Positions 8,925-17,732 of a stretch of DNA of 64,000 nt are shown piece by piece (position 1 is the first letter of the stretch; every line of letters starts with the position of its first letter). The notes beneath the pieces are model-generated. The model had not been told where the DNA came from and made no database searches. It saw nothing but the letters and a program-made list of their open reading frames with translations. Location: NCBI GenBank assembly GCA_025352825.1, contig JANXSG010000017.1, positions 755 to 64,754 of the forward strand, in the 5' to 3' direction. This DNA comes from Chthonomonadaceae bacterium (lineage in GTDB: Bacteria; Armatimonadota; Chthonomonadetes; Chthonomonadales; Chthonomonadaceae). Position numbers and translations under genes: made by a program.

Positions 8925-10997
8925 TTGAAAACCAGCGTTGAACACCAGGAATTCGAAAATATTCCACAGGCTGTTGTGTCTACTTCCGCAGTCCCTTCTC
9001 GTTCTCACAATCATTTTTCCATCCCGTTGGAGGCAGTTCGCCATGCCATTCATGGAGCCCAAAAGTGGCTTTTAGATAGGCAGGATGAGAGTGGATTTTG
9101 GGTGGGAGAACTCGAAGGTGATACTATTCTCGAAAGTGAATACATTCTTCTTCTCCAGTTCCTTGATAGACACGATCCCGAGAAATTCCGCAAGTTAGCC
9201 AACTATATCCGCCGATGGCAGCATCCGGATGGATATTGGCCGATCTATCCCGGTGGTCCCCCAGATGTAAGCTGCTCCGTAAAAGCCTACTTTGCCTGCA
9301 AACTGGCAGGTTTTACCGGCAACGAACCATTCATGCGGCGCGCTCGAAAGGCGATTCTTGCTGAGGGCGGGGTAACCCGATGCAACACCTTTACCAAGCT
9401 GTATCTCTCCATGTTTGGGCAGTACGACTGGCACGGTGTGCCTACGATTCCACCCGAAACTATTCTGCTTCCACACTGGTTCTATTTTAATATATACGCC
9501 ATGTCTTCATGGTCGCGCGCAATTCTAGTTCCACTCGCTGTTATGAACGCGCACAAGCCAAGCAGGCCTATTCCAGACACCGCCCACATCGATGAACTCT
9601 TTGTGGGAGGTAAAGAACGTAAGAAGATGGGCATTCACTGGGATAAAAAACCCCTCACATGGCGAAATGTTTTCCTGGTGTTTGATAAACTGCTCAAACT
9701 GCACGACGCAAGCCCTGTAAAACCCTTCCGAAAAAAGGCGCTTGATAGGTCGTTGGAATGGCTCCTGGAACGTGAAGAGCACAGCGGAGGGCTAGGGGCG
9801 ATCTTCCCTGCAATGACGCATGCCATTATGGCGTACAAATGCATGGGGCTAGCGGATAGCCATAAAGCGATATCACGAGAACTCAAAGAGCTCGCAAATT
9901 TTGAGATCGAAGAGAATGACCAGATTCGACTGCAGCCTTGCCTCTCACCTGTCTGGGATACAGCAATCGTAATCAATGCGCTCATAGATAGTGGCATCTC
10001 TGCGGATTCCGAAGCGATAACCAAAGCAGCTGAATGGCTTCTCACAAAACAGACCAAAAGTAAAGGCGACTGGGCGGTGATGTGCCCGGGTGTGGAGCCC
10101 GGTGGATGGTACTTTGAGATGGAGAACGAGTACTACCCTGATATCGATGACACGATAATGGTACTCATGGGGCTGTATAAAGCATATTGCCCTTCTGGAG
10201 AGCACTGGAGCGAGGCACCCGAACACGCCAGAGAATCCATGCGCAAAGGCCTGGAATGGGTTTTTGCAATGCAAAATAAGGATGGCGGGTGGGGCAGTTT
10301 CGATAAAGATAACAATCGTACGCTCTTTCAGTATGTGCCTTATGCGGATCATAATGCCATGCTCGATCCCTCCTCTGCGGACATCACTGCACGAACTTTG
10401 GAGATGTGTTCCTACTTTAGTCTAGGAAAATCGGATCCACATGTGCGACGGGCGCTAGACTATCTTTACCGTGAGCAGGAAGTAGATGGTTCGTGGTTTG
10501 GTCGATGGGGCGTTAACTACCTCTATGGTACGTGGCAGGTACTTCGTGGACTTGCCCGAGTGGGTGAAGATATGCAGGCTCCACGCATTCGAAAAGCTGT
10601 TCGCTGGCTGCACTCTGTTCAAAATGAAGATGGCGGATGGGGCGAGACCTGCCAATCGTACGATCCCGAACATCCGAAAGCGAACGGGCCAAGCACTCCT
10701 TCTCAATCGAGCTGGGCACTGATGGCGCTCATGAATGCAGGTGATATCGACAGTCCATTCATTAAACGGGGAATCGACTACCTGTTGAATGGCCAGAATG
10801 AGGATGGAACCTGGGAAGAAAAATGGTTCACCGGTACCGGATTCCCACGTGTTTTCTACCTGCGATACCACTACTATCGCCACTATTTTCCACTTTGGGC
10901 ATTGGCGCAGTATCACTCCTTTGAAACAGGTGAGATAGCTCCTACAACCGATTTCGAGAGAACACCAAGTGACCGTTTTGCCAATCTGGAAGTGTAA
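8925..10997 (+). CDS. shc: squalene-hopene cyclase
   Basis: 690 aa with repeated QW-type motifs and the DxDD catalytic motif in YYPDIDDTIMV. TTG start as in the ORF track. Confidence 0.92.
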   Translation: MKTSVEHQEFENIPQAVVSTSAVPSRSHNHFSIPLEAVRHAIHGAQKWLLDRQDESGFWVGELEGDTILESEYILLLQFLDRHDPEKFRKLANYIRRWQHPDGYWPIYPGGPPDVSCSVKAYFACKLAGFTGNEPFMRRARKAILAEGGVTRCNTFTKLYLSMFGQYDWHGVPTIPPETILLPHWFYFNIYAMSSWSRAILVPLAVMNAHKPSRPIPDTAHIDELFVGGKERKKMGIHWDKKPLTWRNVFLVFDKLLKLHDASPVKPFRKKALDRSLEWLLEREEHSGGLGAIFPAMTHAIMAYKCMGLADSHKAISRELKELANFEIEENDQIRLQPCLSPVWDTAIVINALIDSGISADSEAITKAAEWLLTKQTKSKGDWAVMCPGVEPGGWYFEMENEYYPDIDDTIMVLMGLYKAYCPSGEHWSEAPEHARESMRKGLEWVFAMQNKDGGWGSFDKDNNRTLFQYVPYADHNAMLDPSSADITARTLEMCSYFSLGKSDPHVRRALDYLYREQEVDGSWFGRWGVNYLYGTWQVLRGLARVGEDMQAPRIRKAVRWLHSVQNEDGGWGETCQSYDPEHPKANGPSTPSQSSWALMALMNAGDIDSPFIKRGIDYLLNGQNEDGTWEEKWFTGTGFPRVFYLRYHYYRHYFPLWALAQYHSFETGEIAPTTDFERTPSDRFANLEV

Positions 10998-11041
10998 TTG
11001 AGGTATAATATTCTATTAATTAGTTTGGCGGGAGACAGCGA

Positions 11042-11392
11042 TTGCATTTAAAGCATGTTTCTAAAATCAGTCTGTTATTGCTAGCGTCAGTCTGCTCACC
11101 CGGATTAATTATCGGATGTAAATCTAATTCTGATTCTTCGTTGGGGGACGTCGCTAAACCACAAACACCACCCACTGTAAAGTCTGAGCAGACACCGGTA
11201 GTAAAGGCCGAAACACCGCCTGCCGGGCTGGCTATGCACATACCACAATTGACAGGATTTCCGCCGTCAAGAGTTGGTACCAAAGATTTATCAAATAACA
11301 AAAATGCAATAGAAGCAGTTAAACCAGCACAAAATAGTTCAACTTCATCGCTGCATCCAGCTGCTGGCCATGAGGTAAATGATGCCAAATAA
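11042..11392 (+). CDS. putative lipoprotein, low-complexity Pro/Thr-rich
   Basis: Signal peptide with lipobox LIIGC. It ends at a TAA that is in frame with the next ORF. Confidence 0.5.
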   Translation: MHLKHVSKISLLLLASVCSPGLIIGCKSNSDSSLGDVAKPQTPPTVKSEQTPVVKAETPPAGLAMHIPQLTGFPPSRVGTKDLSNNKNAIEAVKPAQNSSTSSLHPAAGHEVNDAK

Positions 11393-11473
11393 GCAGTAGT
11401 TGCTCTTGGGAATGCAAAAGGGATATCCGATCTCGCTGATCATCTAACCAATGAGTTAGCGGGGGCTATAGCA

Positions 11474-11785
11474 ATGCCGATGCTGCTGGTGGTATCGATG
11501 ATGTCTGGATACGGTCAGATGGCTGGTAACATGGCGAACGGACAGCCCGGTGCAGCCGAGAAGATGAATAAGATAAACGATCTGTCGGCCGATACCAATG
11601 CAGTTATGAAGAAATATGGCTTGGATAAAAAATTACCAGGTAAAGATGATGCTTCCATCCTTAACTTAGAATCACATGGGCGAGCGCTCCTAAAAGATTT
11701 GGGTGGTTTGATGGATAAGATGGGTGGGGAGAGCAAGAAAACATCCAGCCTTTTTGGAAATAAAAATTTAATCAAGACGATGTAA
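11474..11785 (+). CDS. hypothetical protein, same frame as 11042-11392
   Basis: The 81 nt between the TAA (11390-11392) and this ATG contain no stop. Possibly one interrupted gene. Confidence 0.35.
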   Translation: MPMLLVVSMMSGYGQMAGNMANGQPGAAEKMNKINDLSADTNAVMKKYGLDKKLPGKDDASILNLESHGRALLKDLGGLMDKMGGESKKTSSLFGNKNLIKTM

Positions 11786-11805
11786 TATACAAAATTGTTA
11801 GTCCG

Positions 11806-12009
11806 ATGGAAGTTAAACTTATCCCGAAAAAACCGGAAGACTTGAAAGACGCTCCGAAAGATTTATCGATGAAGTTTGAAGATGGCGCTTGGAGACTGGA
11901 CTTCGGTGGGGTAAAAGCGATGATGAAGCAGATGGGGACAAAACAGGAGCACTTTCGGGTGTATCAGGAACAAATCCTTTTGTCGGATCGGTTAAATAGG
12001 CTGGTGTAG
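11806..12009 (+). CDS. small hypothetical protein (67 aa)
   Basis: ORF only, with a weak RBS. Confidence 0.25.
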   Translation: MEVKLIPKKPEDLKDAPKDLSMKFEDGAWRLDFGGVKAMMKQMGTKQEHFRVYQEQILLSDRLNRLV

Positions 12010-12016
12010 TTTTTTC

Positions 12017-12137
12017 ACCTAACCCCTCGGCACCCTTCCCTGCACGCGCAAACGATAAAGCTGTTTGCACTAAGGAAGGGGGAGAGCCATAGTTGACAGA
12101 TTCTCCCTTTCCTCTTAGGTACGAGGGAATCATGGGC
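12017..12137. repeat. D-family repeat copy (reverse orientation, one end missing)
   Basis: Its reverse complement aligns over about 125 nt at roughly 80% identity with 16283-16412. Confidence 0.75.
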
Positions 12138-12213
12138 GGATCAGGTGAAGCATTGAAATACCAATGGTTTTCTCTCATGTTTGTTTTAGTTTTGAGGAAG
12201 GGAAGAGTAGATA

Positions 12214-13218
12214 ATGCGTTTTCCGATTGGTTTCACAATGGCACAGGCCAAACATCGTACCAAAATGGAGCGATCCGGGCAAAAAAGATATCCCACTGTG
12301 ATCATGCTGGAGCCGTTGTATACCTGTAATCTGGCTTGCCTGGGCTGTTCGGTCGAGCGCCATACGGGTAAACTGGTAGATCGTATGCCGGTAGCCGATC
12401 TGCTCAAAGCGGTTGACGATTGCGGCGCCCCTATCGTAAATATCTGTGGCGGTGAACCGACGCTTTATCCTGAACTCAAAGAGCTGTGTGAGGGAATTAT
12501 TGTGCGTGGGAAATATATCATTCTTTGCACCAACGCATTGAAACTAGATACGAAGGTGTTCGATATCATTCCTCCCAGCCCGCATCTTTTCTTGATGATT
12601 CACCTGGATGGAATGCGCGAGACTCACGACTATGTATGCAATAGAAAAGGTGTATTCGATAAAGCTGTAGAGATGGTGAAACAGGCCAGAGATCGAGGAT
12701 ACTATACTTATCTAAACACGACGGTTTTCAAAGAGACCAACGTGTCTGAAGTTGAGGACTTATGCAAGCTGGTGGATGAGTTGAAAGCGAACGGTATCCT
12801 TATTTCGCCCGGATACGAGTACGAGAGCGTGGACAAGGAGATGTTCCTTACGAAAGACCAGATCCACGAAAAATTCAAAGCAATCCGTGAATTCTCTCCA
12901 CGCTATAAGATCAACGCCACTCCAATGTTCCTGGAGTTTGCTGCTGGTATGCGCGAGCTTCCCTGCGCGCCCTGGTCGACTGTAAACTACACACCTAAAG
13001 GCTGGAAAGCGCCATGCTACTTGGTGGAAGGGGCGGGCTACTTCGAATCGTGGGATGAGTTTTGGAATAAGACGAACTGGGAATACTGGGAATCTCGCCT
13101 TGACGACAAATGCCAAAACTGTAAAATGCACAGTGGATTCGAACATAGCGCTGTAAGTGAAGCGATGAAAACAGTTGGCGGAACAATCAAACTTGCGGCC
13201 TGGTCGCTTTCTAAGTAA
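12214..13218 (+). CDS. hpnH: adenosyl-hopene transferase (radical SAM)
   Basis: KRYPTVIMLEPLYTCNLACLGC radical-SAM CxxxCxxC region, a C-terminal Cys-rich extension typical of HpnH, and hopanoid gene context. Confidence 0.88.
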   Translation: MRFPIGFTMAQAKHRTKMERSGQKRYPTVIMLEPLYTCNLACLGCSVERHTGKLVDRMPVADLLKAVDDCGAPIVNICGGEPTLYPELKELCEGIIVRGKYIILCTNALKLDTKVFDIIPPSPHLFLMIHLDGMRETHDYVCNRKGVFDKAVEMVKQARDRGYYTYLNTTVFKETNVSEVEDLCKLVDELKANGILISPGYEYESVDKEMFLTKDQIHEKFKAIREFSPRYKINATPMFLEFAAGMRELPCAPWSTVNYTPKGWKAPCYLVEGAGYFESWDEFWNKTNWEYWESRLDDKCQNCKMHSGFEHSAVSEAMKTVGGTIKLAAWSLSK

Positions 13219-13242
13219 TAGATGGTAGAATACAAAAGCATT

Positions 13243-13463
13243 GCCGGGCACTAAAGTACCCGTCTGGGAGGCATGCGGCCAACCGCCCTGCGGGCGGGAA
13301 ATCGCATCGATTAATTAGCCCATGCAGGGAGCCTAAGCGACCGGAGATGGGCTTCGCAAATCCAGACCGGTACTTTAGTGCCGCGTCAAAACCAACCGCC
13401 ATGCGGGCGCGAATTGCGTCTGAAAGACGTCAGTTTTTGATGACGGGAGTTTTCAACTCCCGG
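13243..13463. repeat. A-family repeat copy interrupted by a B unit
   Basis: A 5' part at 13243-13305. B unit at 13317-13364. 14-bp perfect IR at 13247-13260/13369-13382. A 3' part ends CCGGGAGTTTTCAACTCCCGG at 13463. Confidence 0.8.
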
Positions 13464-13508
13464 AGAGCGAAGAGATAAAACCTTCGCTAATATAATGAGG
13501 TTGCAGCA

Positions 13509-14510
13509 TTGCTGTCTTTAGTAACCGGTGCGACCGGATTTATTGGGAGCCATGTAGCTCGGCTTCTGGAACAGCGCGGAGAGAAGATACGTCTCCTGGT
13601 TAGAGCAGGCAGCAGGCAAGACAATATCGCTCGGCTCGATCCATCATTGACTGAGATTATCTGTGGAGACTTGAAGGATTCTAAGTCGCTAATCGAGGCG
13701 GCGAGAGGCTGTGACCGGCTGTATCATGTAGCCGCCGACTATCGGCTCTGGGCTCGCGATCCGCAGGAACTGTACAAATCGAATGTGGATGGAACCCGAT
13801 CTCTTCTTCAAGCCGCTCTCGATGCCGGGGTGGAGAGAGTAGTCTATACTAGCACGGTGGGAGCGCTTGGTATTCCGAAAGACGGCACTCCTGGCAATGA
13901 GGACACACCTGTTAGTTTAGATAACATGATCGGCAACTACAAACGGTCGAAGTATCTGGCGGAGATTGAAGCTGCATCGTTTGTTGAAAAGGGACTTTCG
14001 GTTGTTATCGTCAACCCGAGCACGCCGGTGGGGGAGATGGATATTAAGCCGACGCCCACCGGTCAGATTATTCTGGATTTTCTCAATCGGCGTCTGCCAG
14101 CATTTGTCGATACTGGCCTAAATCTTGTGGATGTGCGGGATGTGGCACAAGGTATAATATTAGCTGGGGATAATGGGAAACCTGGTCGGCGCTATATCCT
14201 GGGTAATCAGAATCTTTCGATGCAGCAGATGATGCAGATGCTGGATGAAATTACTGGATTGAGTGCGCCAAAAATACGTTTACCTTATGCAGCAGCATGG
14301 CTCGCGGTAGGCATTGAAAATTTGGTCGTTGATAAAATTCTGCACATAGAGCCTGCTCACCCTTTTGAAGGGGTGCAGATGGCTAAATATAAGATGTTTT
14401 TCGACGCTTCACGGGCTGTTCAAGAGTTGGGTTTACCACAATCTTCAGTATCTGAGGCGCTTAGCAGAGCTGTGGAGTGGTTTAAAACGAATGGCTATGT
14501 GTATCGATGA
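13509..14510 (+). CDS. hpnA: hopanoid-associated NAD-dependent sugar epimerase/dehydratase
   Basis: VTGATGFIGSH Rossmann motif, YxxxK (YKRSK), and position in the hpn cluster. TTG start. Confidence 0.8.
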   Translation: MLSLVTGATGFIGSHVARLLEQRGEKIRLLVRAGSRQDNIARLDPSLTEIICGDLKDSKSLIEAARGCDRLYHVAADYRLWARDPQELYKSNVDGTRSLLQAALDAGVERVVYTSTVGALGIPKDGTPGNEDTPVSLDNMIGNYKRSKYLAEIEAASFVEKGLSVVIVNPSTPVGEMDIKPTPTGQIILDFLNRRLPAFVDTGLNLVDVRDVAQGIILAGDNGKPGRRYILGNQNLSMQQMMQMLDEITGLSAPKIRLPYAAAWLAVGIENLVVDKILHIEPAHPFEGVQMAKYKMFFDASRAVQELGLPQSSVSEALSRAVEWFKTNGYVYR

Positions 14511-14564
14511 GGGAATAGCCCAGTATGGGATCTGAGATGCTCTCTAAATAGAAAGAGGAGACTG

Positions 14565-15452
14565 GTGGCTAACGGATCAAATCGTAGAGTGATTATGGCG
14601 AAAGAGGTAGGGTTTTGCTTCGGTGTGAAGCGAGCTATTAATCTCACTCGACAGGCACTTGCCGAACGTGAAGATGTCTTTATTCTTGGTGATCTTGTTC
14701 ATAACAAACGTGTCACCGATGAGCTTGAAGGCAAAGGGCTGCGTAAGATTGAGGACTATGATAACGAGAAAAAAGGCACGATGGTCATCCGTGCACACGG
14801 ACTTCCTGAAGAGAAGATTCGTGAGATAAAATCACGCGGCATCGATGTAGTGGACGCCACCTGCCCGATTGTGCTTCGTGCTCAAGAAGCTGCACAGTCT
14901 CTTGAAAAACGCGGCTGTCAAGTAGTGATTGTGGGTGATCGAAATCATGCGGAAATCAAAGGAATACTAGGCGCATTGGAATCCCCTGCACTGGTAGTCG
15001 ATAGTGTTGAGGAGCTTCGTGAAGCAAAAGAGAGCCGAAAATTGATGCGTAAAGTCGGAGTAATTTTTCAGACTACGCATGCACTCGAACTTTGCAATGC
15101 TATCGTTAACGAGATGCTGATGATGTGCAAAGAGATACAGATCATCAACACTATATGCCGGCCAGTACAGAATCGCCAGGATGATGCGATTGAACTCGCT
15201 TCTAAAGTACAGCTTATGATCGTGGTTGGATCGCGCACTAGCGCTAACACCATGGAACTAGCGGCGCTGTGCCTAAATTACAATGTTAACACAATCCACG
15301 TTCAAAGTGCTGAAGAGCTCTCCTTCTCCGCTTTTGAAAATTTTGATTTGATCGGAATAGCTTCTGGCCTCTCTACTCCCGAAGATCTGGTCGAGGCAGT
15401 AAAAGTCAAAGTTCTCACCATGCAAGCCGACCCAGAGCTGGCGATAGCGTAG
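14565..15452 (+). CDS. ispH: 4-hydroxy-3-methylbut-2-enyl diphosphate reductase
   Basis: GFCFGVKRAI, ATCPIV and NTICRP (three cluster cysteines). GTG start with AGGAG RBS; alternative ATG at 14595. Confidence 0.9.
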   Translation: MANGSNRRVIMAKEVGFCFGVKRAINLTRQALAEREDVFILGDLVHNKRVTDELEGKGLRKIEDYDNEKKGTMVIRAHGLPEEKIREIKSRGIDVVDATCPIVLRAQEAAQSLEKRGCQVVIVGDRNHAEIKGILGALESPALVVDSVEELREAKESRKLMRKVGVIFQTTHALELCNAIVNEMLMMCKEIQIINTICRPVQNRQDDAIELASKVQLMIVVGSRTSANTMELAALCLNYNVNTIHVQSAEELSFSAFENFDLIGIASGLSTPEDLVEAVKVKVLTMQADPELAIA

Positions 15453-15453
15453 T

Positions 15454-16164
15454 TTGAAAGATTCAGTTTTTAGAATTATAGTACTTTTTGCATTGCCAGA
15501 AGAGATGGCACCATTCAAAAAACGATTCGGAAACGAGAAAAATGTCACCATCGCCTGTTCCGGTACGGGAGCGGTTAATTCGGCAAGAAAAACTGAGAAT
15601 GTTTTAAATGATGCCGTCCCAGCTAACACATTCCTTTTCATATGCGGATTTGCAGGGGGACTCTCACCGGAATCGAAACCTGGTGATGTAATTATCGCTG
15701 AGCAAGTTTCGAGTGCAGATTGGACATTGCCACTTTTGCCTGACAGCGTATTATCTGCTAAATCGGGTAATATTAGTTTACAAGGTTCGTCTATCTGTCG
15801 TGGCAAGCTGCTTAGTGTAGACTCTGTGCTTTCCACTCCTGGCGAAAAGAAGATCGCTTTCGGCACCAATGGAGCGCTTGCGGTGGATATGGAAACTGCG
15901 GCAGCTGCCTCAGCCGCTGAAAAAAGAAATATAAGATGGCTGAGCGTTCGAGCAATCACAGATGGCGCAGACGATCATATGCCTTTTGATTTCAACAAAA
16001 TGGCTGGACAAGATGGTCAGATAAAACGCTCAAAAATCGTGTTTGCTGCTATCACTTATCCGTGGAAAATTCCAGCATTGATCAGGCTGGGAAAACGGTC
16101 ATCAAAGGCTGCACATAACCTGACAATTGTGCTTGAAATGCTCATTAGAAAATTGCAGGAATAG
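15454..16164 (+). CDS. hpnG: hopanoid-associated nucleosidase/phosphorylase (PNP_UDP_1 family)
   Basis: ALAVDMETAAAA nucleosidase motif, and position directly after ispH in the hpn cluster. TTG start. Confidence 0.75.
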   Translation: MKDSVFRIIVLFALPEEMAPFKKRFGNEKNVTIACSGTGAVNSARKTENVLNDAVPANTFLFICGFAGGLSPESKPGDVIIAEQVSSADWTLPLLPDSVLSAKSGNISLQGSSICRGKLLSVDSVLSTPGEKKIAFGTNGALAVDMETAAAASAAEKRNIRWLSVRAITDGADDHMPFDFNKMAGQDGQIKRSKIVFAAITYPWKIPALIRLGKRSSKAAHNLTIVLEMLIRKLQE

Positions 16165-16259
16165 AAAATGAAGCAACGGCACGGCACTGCAGCAATACAT
16201 ATCCCAGATGCCTTCAGTAAAAAGTATCGGCATCGAAAGCCCATTGAAGGCTTTTTTTA

Positions 16260-17732
16260 ATGCTCAAAGTGTTACCTAACCCCCGAACCCCCTACCCTGA
16301 TTTCCTCGTACCTCGGAGGGAAGGGGATATTTTGAATATTGACTCCCCCCCTACCCTAGTGCAAACTGCTTTATCGTTTGCACCTGCAGGGAAGGGGGCC
16401 GGGGGGTTAGGTATACTATCCGCACTGCTTCTCTCAATCTCAATATCCAGTGCTTACTCCCAGTCCGACACTTCGTCCATCCCACTTACAATAGATCAAT
16501 CTGTAGCTTTCGCAATACATCACAGTCCACAGGTGGCTGGTGCAAGGATAACACGTGACTCAGCAGTGCTATCGGCGGAGCGGGATCGTCCATCCGTTCG
16601 TTCCACACTGAATTTGATAACAAATGCTACTATTCAAGGGCCGCATGTCACTTTTCCTCGGTCGGATGGCTTTGCATCTACTGTAATCCCCGAACAGTAT
16701 GGAAAAGTATCCCTTGTTTTTGAACAACCGCTATACCGCTCTGGTTTGAAGCAGGCTACCGCCCGCTACACATCTGAAATTGCACTTCCTGGCCTTGAAT
16801 TTCGAAAAGATCTCACCGCGCTTGTTCTTGCTGTCAAAAAGGGATATATTGCTGTGCTGCGTGCTCAGACCGGAGTTCTGATCGCTTCAAAACAGATGGA
16901 AGCAGCCATTCAAAGTCACACTCTCGCCCTTAAACAGATAGAAGCCGGCACGGCTAAACCAGTAGATGCGTACACGTCGAACTCGTTAGTACTAGAATCC
17001 AAAGCGGGAGTGTTGCTTGCTGAAGAGGGGCAGCAGTTAGCAACACTCAATTTCAATCGTCTACTGGGCAGAGCGTTTGAGAACAGGGTAGTGCTAAAAC
17101 AGTTTTCGGGACTTCCCGTACTGCCTGTATCGGTGCAGGCAGCCATCGAGAAAGCGATGCATATGCGTCCGGAAATACTCACACTTCAGAACAATCTGGA
17201 TGCTGCTCGAGCTGGCCTGCAGCTTGCTAAAATTGGAGATTCACCTTCTCTCGGTTTCCGTGCAGAGATTACACAGCAAACCAGGTCTGCATTTTTACCG
17301 GCAAGTTACTACGCCGCAACCCTTGAAATGAGATGGCCCCTCCTGGATATGGGCAAGACACACCAGGATACAAAAGAAGCACGGGCAGCGGTGCTCCGGC
17401 TAGAAGCCGCTTTGGAAGAAGCAAAGCAGAGTGTAGATATGGAGGTTAGGCAAGCTTGGGTACATTTAAAAACCACTCTCGACCGCTTTAGTATTATTCG
17501 TCTTCAGATGCATGGTGTGGAAGTAACAGCTCTTGTTGCACAGAAAGCCTATCAAGTTGGAAGAGGCACATTTTTTGAGATGCAAGCGGCGAATCGGCAG
17601 CTCCAGATAACCAGTGAGAATGAAAATCAAGCACGATACGACGTATGGGAAGCGATGATAGAATTTGAATCTGCACAGGGAGACGATAAATCTTATCTTT
17701 CGTTAGCATCTGTGCATGAAAGGTTTAAATGA
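16260..17732 (+). CDS. TolC-family outer membrane efflux protein
   Basis: 490-aa ORF with a two-repeat OEP-like coiled-coil/beta organisation. The first ~50 codons are repeat-derived. The true start is uncertain: ATG 16260, TTG 16332 or GTG 16359. The signal peptide is LGILSALLLSISISSAYS. Confidence 0.75.
   Translation: MLKVLPNPRTPYPDFLVPRREGDILNIDSPPTLVQTALSFAPAGKGAGGLGILSALLLSISISSAYSQSDTSSIPLTIDQSVAFAIHHSPQVAGARITRDSAVLSAERDRPSVRSTLNLITNATIQGPHVTFPRSDGFASTVIPEQYGKVSLVFEQPLYRSGLKQATARYTSEIALPGLEFRKDLTALVLAVKKGYIAVLRAQTGVLIASKQMEAAIQSHTLALKQIEAGTAKPVDAYTSNSLVLESKAGVLLAEEGQQLATLNFNRLLGRAFENRVVLKQFSGLPVLPVSVQAAIEKAMHMRPEILTLQNNLDAARAGLQLAKIGDSPSLGFRAEITQQTRSAFLPASYYAATLEMRWPLLDMGKTHQDTKEARAAVLRLEAALEEAKQSVDMEVRQAWVHLKTTLDRFSIIRLQMHGVEVTALVAQKAYQVGRGTFFEMQAANRQLQITSENENQARYDVWEAMIEFESAQGDDKSYLSLASVHERFK
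16274..16412. repeat. D-family repeat, complete copy with terminal inverted repeats
   Basis: ACCTAACCCCC (16274-16284) and GGGGGGTTAGGT (16401-12) flank the internal hairpins CCCTGATTTCCTCGTACCTCGGAGGG and TGCAAAC..GTTTGCA. Confidence 0.8.

Noticed and set aside
15273-15959. 228-aa minus-strand ORF antisense to ispH/hpnG. Similar large antisense ORFs occur at 45421-46005, 22170-22709, 12760-13251, 56995-57522, 41606-42019 and 53186-53533.
   Set aside because: Each overlaps a plus- or minus-strand gene with clear family motifs. The antisense translations are low-complexity (Ser/Ala/Arg-rich) and show no motifs.
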